A stretch of 31,693 nt of DNA from Promethearchaeota archaeon. GTDB taxonomy: Archaea; Asgardarchaeota; Hermodarchaeia; Hermodarchaeales; Hermodarchaeaceae. Of the stretch, positions 26,767 through 31,693 are shown one piece after another. The stretch's first letter is position 1. Each line of letters starts with the position of its first letter. Location: NCBI GenBank assembly GCA_048939245.1, contig JBHLPR010000026.1, positions 1-31,693 on the forward strand. Reading direction: 5' to 3'. The notes under the pieces were generated by a model. It ran no database searches, had not been told where the DNA came from, and worked only from the letters and a program-made list of their open reading frames with translations. The position numbers and the translations under genes were made by a program.

Positions 26767-27834
26767 TTAGAACCATCGCTTTTTCCGAAAATAAATTATT
26801 AGCACGAAACTAATGATACACATCACAAGTAAGAGAATGGGGTAACTATACGGAAAGCTGTATTCAGGCATGTTGGGAAAATTCATTCCGTAAATGCCCG
26901 CAATTAGTGTTAAGGGGATGAAGATGGTTGCGATAATGGTTAGCACTTTCATAACCTCGTTAGTACGGTTACTCAAACTCGACAGGTATATGTCCAGCAT
27001 CCCAGAAAGTATTTCTCGGTTGATTTCGATAGTTTCTAGAACCCGAATTGCATGGTCATAGATGTCTCGTAAAAATCGTCCAGTCTGTTCACGGATAGCA
27101 GGTGTTTCTGTTCGTTCCATTCGGCTCACAACTTCTTGTAAAGGCCAAATGGCTTTTCGCGACATTATCATAGTCCGTTTTAGCTCATAGATTGTTTGAA
27201 GTGTATTCTGGGTTGGCTCAGTAACTAGTTCTGTTTCCAAATCTTCAATCTCTTCACCAAATGCTTCAAGAAAAACGAAGTATTGGTCTATGATTGAATC
27301 AAGAAGGGAATAAAGGAGATAATGAGCTCCTCTGGTTCTGATACTGCCACGATTGTGGTTGATCCATTCGTGAACAGAATGAAAACTAAGGCTCTGTCGT
27401 TCCTGTATGGAGATGACGTAGTTTGAACCTAGGATCAAGCTGACTTGCTCTTCGTCAGGTATCCTTTGAGGTGCTTTCCTAAGAATCGCTCGTGCAACGA
27501 TATAATCGTAAGTTTCATAGCTCTCTTGTTTTGGACGTTGATCAGTGGCGAGAACATCTTCCAATACCAGGGGATGTAATTGAAACCTTTTGCCTATTTG
27601 TCGAATCAATTCAATATTGGCTAATCCTGTAACCTGAACCCATAACACTGAACCTTCTGAATTAAGTTTCGGAATATTTTCGATTGTCGTGATTATTTTT
27701 TCTTCCACAGTTTTTTCATCAAATAAAGTGTAGGAAATAACAGTAGTCTCGACGGGTTTGTCTCCTACATATACAAGGGTTCCTGGTGGCTGTCCAATTT
27801 TACTAGTACGACTTTTTTCTGGCTCCTGCATCAC
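26767..27834 (-). CDS. corA: magnesium/cobalt transporter CorA
   Basis: KIGQPPGTLVYVG, LHPLVLED, NEVMKVLT and the signature YGMNFPNMPE with two C-terminal TM. Confidence 0.95.
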   Translation of the reverse strand: MMQEPEKSRTSKIGQPPGTLVYVGDKPVETTVISYTLFDEKTVEEKIITTIENIPKLNSEGSVLWVQVTGLANIELIRQIGKRFQLHPLVLEDVLATDQRPKQESYETYDYIVARAILRKAPQRIPDEEQVSLILGSNYVISIQERQSLSFHSVHEWINHNRGSIRTRGAHYLLYSLLDSIIDQYFVFLEAFGEEIEDLETELVTEPTQNTLQTIYELKRTMIMSRKAIWPLQEVVSRMERTETPAIREQTGRFLRDIYDHAIRVLETIEINREILSGMLDIYLSSLSNRTNEVMKVLTIIATIFIPLTLIAGIYGMNFPNMPEYSFPYSYPILLLVMCIISFVLIIYFRKKRWF

Positions 27835-28001
27835 TCAAACTGTCCTTATGATAATGAGTAGCGTTAAGTTCTCAACTTCAAAAACCTTAGGGCTACCTAT
27901 GCTATTCTTTCTGCCTTTCTTCTTTGAAAAATACTTTGAGCCAAAAGCTGAAATAAATTCAAATAACAATTCTTACTATTGCCTCCCCAGGAATTGAGTA
28001 T

Positions 28002-29033
28002 ATGCTGGAATTAATGCAATGGTTACTGGCTGCATCTGGAATATCTGGATACGAAGCACCGATTCGCGATGCAATCCGAGAAAGTGTCGGGGACGCCCTA
28101 AACCTCGAAACCGATTCCTTAGGTAATCTCTATGGAACGCTCGGAGACGGTTCGCCACACATTCTTTTCATAGCTCATATGGACGAACTTGGCTTAGTTG
28201 TCACACATATCGAAGATAACGGGTGCCTGCGATTTCGAAAAATTGGCGGTATTGATGATCGACTTCTGCCCAGTCGTCCAGTTATTGTTCATACGCGATC
28301 AGGCCCGGTTCGCGGGGTTATTGGAATGGTTCCTCCTCATTTAATGATCGATAGGTCTCAAATGAAACAAGTGGTTCCGTGGCAGGACCTCCAAATCGAC
28401 TTATGCACCCGAAGCATCGACGAAACCAAATCCCTCGGTGTACGACTATTAGATCCTATCACTCTCCAAAAAGACGCCTTTGTCCTTCAAGGCAAGTATC
28501 TGTGTGGACGGGCAATTGATGATCGCTTTGGTTGTGCCGTTCTGATTAAATTAGTGGAAAAACTTGCTGAGAAGAAACTTAATCGAAAAATCACTTTCGT
28601 GTGGAGTGTCCAAGAGGAAATTGGATTACATGGTGCAACAGTGATTGGAAACCGTTTTTCACCGGACATAGTGGTTGCTGTGGATTCCTTTGCAACTGGA
28701 GATGCCCCTGACGTTCCTTTTCGATTGGCACCAGTTAGGCTGGGTGAAGGACCCGTTCTTCGTCTACTTGATAACCGAGCAATTGCTTCTACAAAACTTC
28801 GAGATCAATTTGAAAAACTTGCCGGGAAATATTCCCTCCCTCTACAAGTTGGAGCTACTGGTGGAGGGACTGATGGCGCTGCTATTCAACGAGCTAGTAC
28901 TGGTTCACACATGATGGCAATTTCCGTTGCTGTTCGGTACTTGCATTCGACTGTAGAAATCTGTCATTTAGATGACTTAGACAACCTAGTCGCTTTGCTT
29001 GAAATTGGCGCTGAGAAACTAAAAGGTTCTTAA
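28002..29033 (+). CDS. M42 family metallo-aminopeptidase (TET/FrvX-like)
   Basis: GISGYE, AHMDELG, AIDDRFG, VQEEIG, GGGTDG and RYLHS. Confidence 0.93.
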   Translation: MLELMQWLLAASGISGYEAPIRDAIRESVGDALNLETDSLGNLYGTLGDGSPHILFIAHMDELGLVVTHIEDNGCLRFRKIGGIDDRLLPSRPVIVHTRSGPVRGVIGMVPPHLMIDRSQMKQVVPWQDLQIDLCTRSIDETKSLGVRLLDPITLQKDAFVLQGKYLCGRAIDDRFGCAVLIKLVEKLAEKKLNRKITFVWSVQEEIGLHGATVIGNRFSPDIVVAVDSFATGDAPDVPFRLAPVRLGEGPVLRLLDNRAIASTKLRDQFEKLAGKYSLPLQVGATGGGTDGAAIQRASTGSHMMAISVAVRYLHSTVEICHLDDLDNLVALLEIGAEKLKGS

Positions 29034-29208
29034 CTGTTCTACCTTTGACAAATCTAGAAACCACACTACCGCTCTCAATGAATATTACTGCCTATTATTC
29101 TAGTTCTTTTTCGTGATTAGTATATTAAAAACATCAGAAGGGAAAAATCGTTATTAGGCGGATGACCAATATTGCATAGTGGACAACAATACTGGTGAAC
29201 CACGAAAT

Positions 29209-29955
29209 ATGCCCAATCGAGAGAATGTTATATCCATTGGTGTTTCTGAGATTGATGTGGTGCTGGGTGGGGGAATACGAAGAGGAACAACCTGCTTGCT
29301 TGAAGAATTGCATGGTGAATCTAGTGGACTCACTGGTGTCATCGGGACAGATTTCCTCTCCTCAGGCATCGACCGTGGAGAAGGTGGCATTTTTCTTCTC
29401 TCAGAACACACGGTGGAAGAGTTTCAAATCTTACCAGGTGTTCATCATATTTTGTCAAAGGCGAAACCTGACCAGTTTGTCTTTATGGATGCTCTCTCCT
29501 CAATGACCTATGGAGAACCCACTCACGTGGCTAGCAGTGATGAGGAGGGTATTGTCCGCTGTTCCAATGTTCGATATACCGCAAAATTCTATGAGGAATG
29601 GAGACAAACGGTCCGCAGGTTTCAGTATCCTCTTATGTTCATTGACTCGTTAAGTGTGCTTTTGCACGCTATGGAATCCGATAAAGTGGCCTGGCGATTT
29701 TGGCTTAGTCTTCTTCCTCTCATTCGCTATCGTCAGCTCACAATTGTAGCTTCATTTTATCCTGAAATGCATTCTCTGGCCTTTGTAGAAAGCATTGAAC
29801 GCATATGTGATACGATCATCCAATTCACTGGTGCAACAACGGCTGATGGTCAACCCCAACAACTGATGCAGGTCATTAAGAATCGTGGATTTGCCTTTGA
29901 TGATCGTAAACATCCATACAAGATAACGAACTACAAATTTGGTTTGATAAAATAA
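29209..29955 (+). CDS. KaiC/RAD55-like RecA-fold protein with degenerate Walker A
   Basis: SIGVSEIDVVLGGGIRRG, Walker B FIDSLS, ICDTIIQF and VIKNRG; no GK[ST]. ATG 29209 (track start 29179). Confidence 0.8.
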   Translation: MPNRENVISIGVSEIDVVLGGGIRRGTTCLLEELHGESSGLTGVIGTDFLSSGIDRGEGGIFLLSEHTVEEFQILPGVHHILSKAKPDQFVFMDALSSMTYGEPTHVASSDEEGIVRCSNVRYTAKFYEEWRQTVRRFQYPLMFIDSLSVLLHAMESDKVAWRFWLSLLPLIRYRQLTIVASFYPEMHSLAFVESIERICDTIIQFTGATTADGQPQQLMQVIKNRGFAFDDRKHPYKITNYKFGLIK

Positions 29956-30120
29956 CAGTGCACTCATGCCTTTTCGGTTCTTTTGGTTTTTCAGTAAAAC
30001 CGGTACTTTGGCAACTCAAATCTTTTCACAAAGCTTTATCGCAAACCCTTTAGGGAGAAACCTGACATACACAAGGAAACTCACTAATCTAAATTCTCCC
30101 TCTCGCACGGAGGCCTCCTC

Positions 30121-31371
30121 ATGGAGATTAAACCGTTTACGCGAACTGAGAAAATTATTGTCTTCTTTGCCTGCGCCCTCGGATGGGCACATGATGCTAT
30201 CGGACTGACACTCATAACAGCGTTAGCAGAACCTATTCAACTGACGTTCGGAGTTCCAATATCTGCATTGGGCTTCGTTATGTCAGCGCAGTTCATTGCC
30301 ACCGTTCCCGGGGCAATTATCTTCGGTCGTTTAGCCGATAAAATGGGAAGAAAAAACATTCTTCTATTAACCATCGCTTGGGATGCCATTCTAACTGGGT
30401 TGTCAGCGTATTCACCTAATTATATAATCTTCGCACTACTCCGTATCCTGTCAGGACTTGGCGTTTCATGGGGGATTGCCTTTGCCCTTCTAGGCGAAGT
30501 CTATTCGCCCAATCGACGAGCAACATGGGGCGGATTTGTTCATGCCATGTTCATCATCGGATTTGTTGGCGTCCTTCTGGTCACCTTGATTCTAGAACCT
30601 GTCTTGGCACCGGTTTATGCAATCAATTGGTGGCGTCCAGTGTTCTTGATCGCCCTAATACCTCTCCCCTTCATACTGATACTATATTTCATCCTACCAG
30701 AATCTCAACTGTGGCTCAAATATCATGAGTTGGAATCTGCTGAATCCATTCCAATGCTGGAACAAATCAAGAATCTAGTTCGGTCTGGATATTTTCGGCT
30801 TCTCATCATTTGTATCCTCCTGTTCTGGGCTGCTGAATTTGCCTATCACGCATATGTAGACTTGGGCGTGTTATTTATCAACGTAGACCTTGGATTCGGA
30901 CAAACCATGGCCTTGCTAATCTTTCTAGTGATTGCAACAATACTCTTCTTTGTCTTTCCAATAGTCGGATTCATCGGTGACAAAATCGGTCGACGGAAGG
31001 GATTCATGGTACCCACCTTCTTCGGACTTATCGGTACAGTAGTTTTTGCCATCGCGATGTTCGTACTGTTAAGCCCAATTGTAGCTGTGGCAGGATTGTT
31101 CATCTTAGCACTTGGTTTCAGTTCTCATGGGCTCTTTGGGGTCTGGACCAGTGAGATCTTTCCCACTAGCTCACGGGCTGCTGCTGCATCATTTATATTC
31201 AGTTCAGCACGGGCATTTGCACTTGGTGCAACCATCGTAGGAATCTTGGTAGACTTCTTTGGATGGCCAATGGCTCAAGCCATGTTGCTTGGAAGCTTTG
31301 GATTTATCCTAATGTTGATTCTGCCGTGGCTTCTTCCCGAAACCAAGGGCAAAGAATTAGAACCCATATAG
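30121..31371 (+). CDS. MFS transporter (aromatic acid/sugar-porter-like)
   Basis: Motif A GRLADKMGRK and GFIGDKIGRR; LPES, SEIFPTSSR and LPETKGKEL; about 12 TM. Confidence 0.92.
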   Translation: MEIKPFTRTEKIIVFFACALGWAHDAIGLTLITALAEPIQLTFGVPISALGFVMSAQFIATVPGAIIFGRLADKMGRKNILLLTIAWDAILTGLSAYSPNYIIFALLRILSGLGVSWGIAFALLGEVYSPNRRATWGGFVHAMFIIGFVGVLLVTLILEPVLAPVYAINWWRPVFLIALIPLPFILILYFILPESQLWLKYHELESAESIPMLEQIKNLVRSGYFRLLIICILLFWAAEFAYHAYVDLGVLFINVDLGFGQTMALLIFLVIATILFFVFPIVGFIGDKIGRRKGFMVPTFFGLIGTVVFAIAMFVLLSPIVAVAGLFILALGFSSHGLFGVWTSEIFPTSSRAAAASFIFSSARAFALGATIVGILVDFFGWPMAQAMLLGSFGFILMLILPWLLPETKGKELEPI

Positions 31372-31403
31372 TATGCCTATATGTTGCATAGGTGAGGTTT
31401 TCG

Positions 31404-31693
31404 ATGCCTCAGAAAGATAGTAGTAAAGCAGTAGTGGAAGTCCTGAAAGCAGAAGGCATTAGCCATGTCTTCTCACTCCCAGGAGGTGAAATCCTTCCAA
31501 TTTATGATGCCCTCGTTGCCGAGGACATTGAAATCATCACTACACGTCACGAACAAGCGGCAGGAAATGCAGCTGATGGCTGGGCTCGGGTTACACGTAC
31601 ACCCGGTGTTTGTCTTCTTCCAATGGGACCAGGAATCGTAAATGCTGTTCCTGCCCTTGCACAAGCCTATCAGATGGGTAGCCCCGTGGTAGC
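31404..31693 (+). CDS. thiamine-diphosphate-dependent enzyme (acetolactate synthase / 2-hydroxyacyl-CoA lyase family), truncated by the window end
   Basis: Not in the ORF track. Manual translation: MPQKDSSKAVVEVLKAEGISHVFSLPGGEILPIYDAL...TRHEQAAGNAADGWARVT...GPGIVN; GGTGAGG RBS. Confidence 0.9.
   Translation, partial: MPQKDSSKAVVEVLKAEGISHVFSLPGGEILPIYDALVAEDIEIITTRHEQAAGNAADGWARVTRTPGVCLLPMGPGIVNAVPALAQAYQMGSPVV

Noticed and set aside
514-31664. Many short antisense or alternate-frame ORFs in the track (e.g. 1742-2140, 5799-6209, 17444-17797, 31473-31664)
   Set aside because: They overlap well-supported genes and lack recognisable motifs

Overview
This 31.7-kb window is densely coding and archaeal. 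The evidence is a PGF-CTERM-type sorting tail, a DUF2299-like gene, zinc-ribbon membrane proteins, an M42/TET peptidase, a KaiC/RAD55-like protein, GGAGG/GAGGTG ribosome-binding sites and oligo-T terminators. The 'PPPPVIPGFP...RRRKR' tail style suggests an Asgard-type lineage, but this is inference only. Transport genes: a polar amino-acid ABC importer operon, an asymmetric heterodimeric ABC exporter, CorA and an MFS transporter. Enzymes: two paralogous cobalamin-dependent radical SAM proteins about 15 kb apart, an extended SDR, a SAM methyltransferase, TsaA/TrmO, an M42 peptidase and the start of a ThDP enzyme. Surface and regulatory genes: an HTH/Cys-cluster regulator coupled to a membrane-anchored beta-propeller, two divergent secreted proteins, three zinc-ribbon membrane proteins and a P-loop-degenerate KaiC-like protein. 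No rRNA, tRNA, CRISPR array or transposase was recognised. The most interesting signal is a secreted protein with a Cys-Gln thioester-domain (TED)-like motif set inserted into a split host domain and fused to an LruC/DUF4842-like domain. Other notable signals are a 32-bp imperfect inverted repeat with dyad-structured arms at 21794-21905, the paired B12 radical SAMs and patchy G+T/C+A strand skew. All family calls come from motif recognition by eye; no database searches were run.
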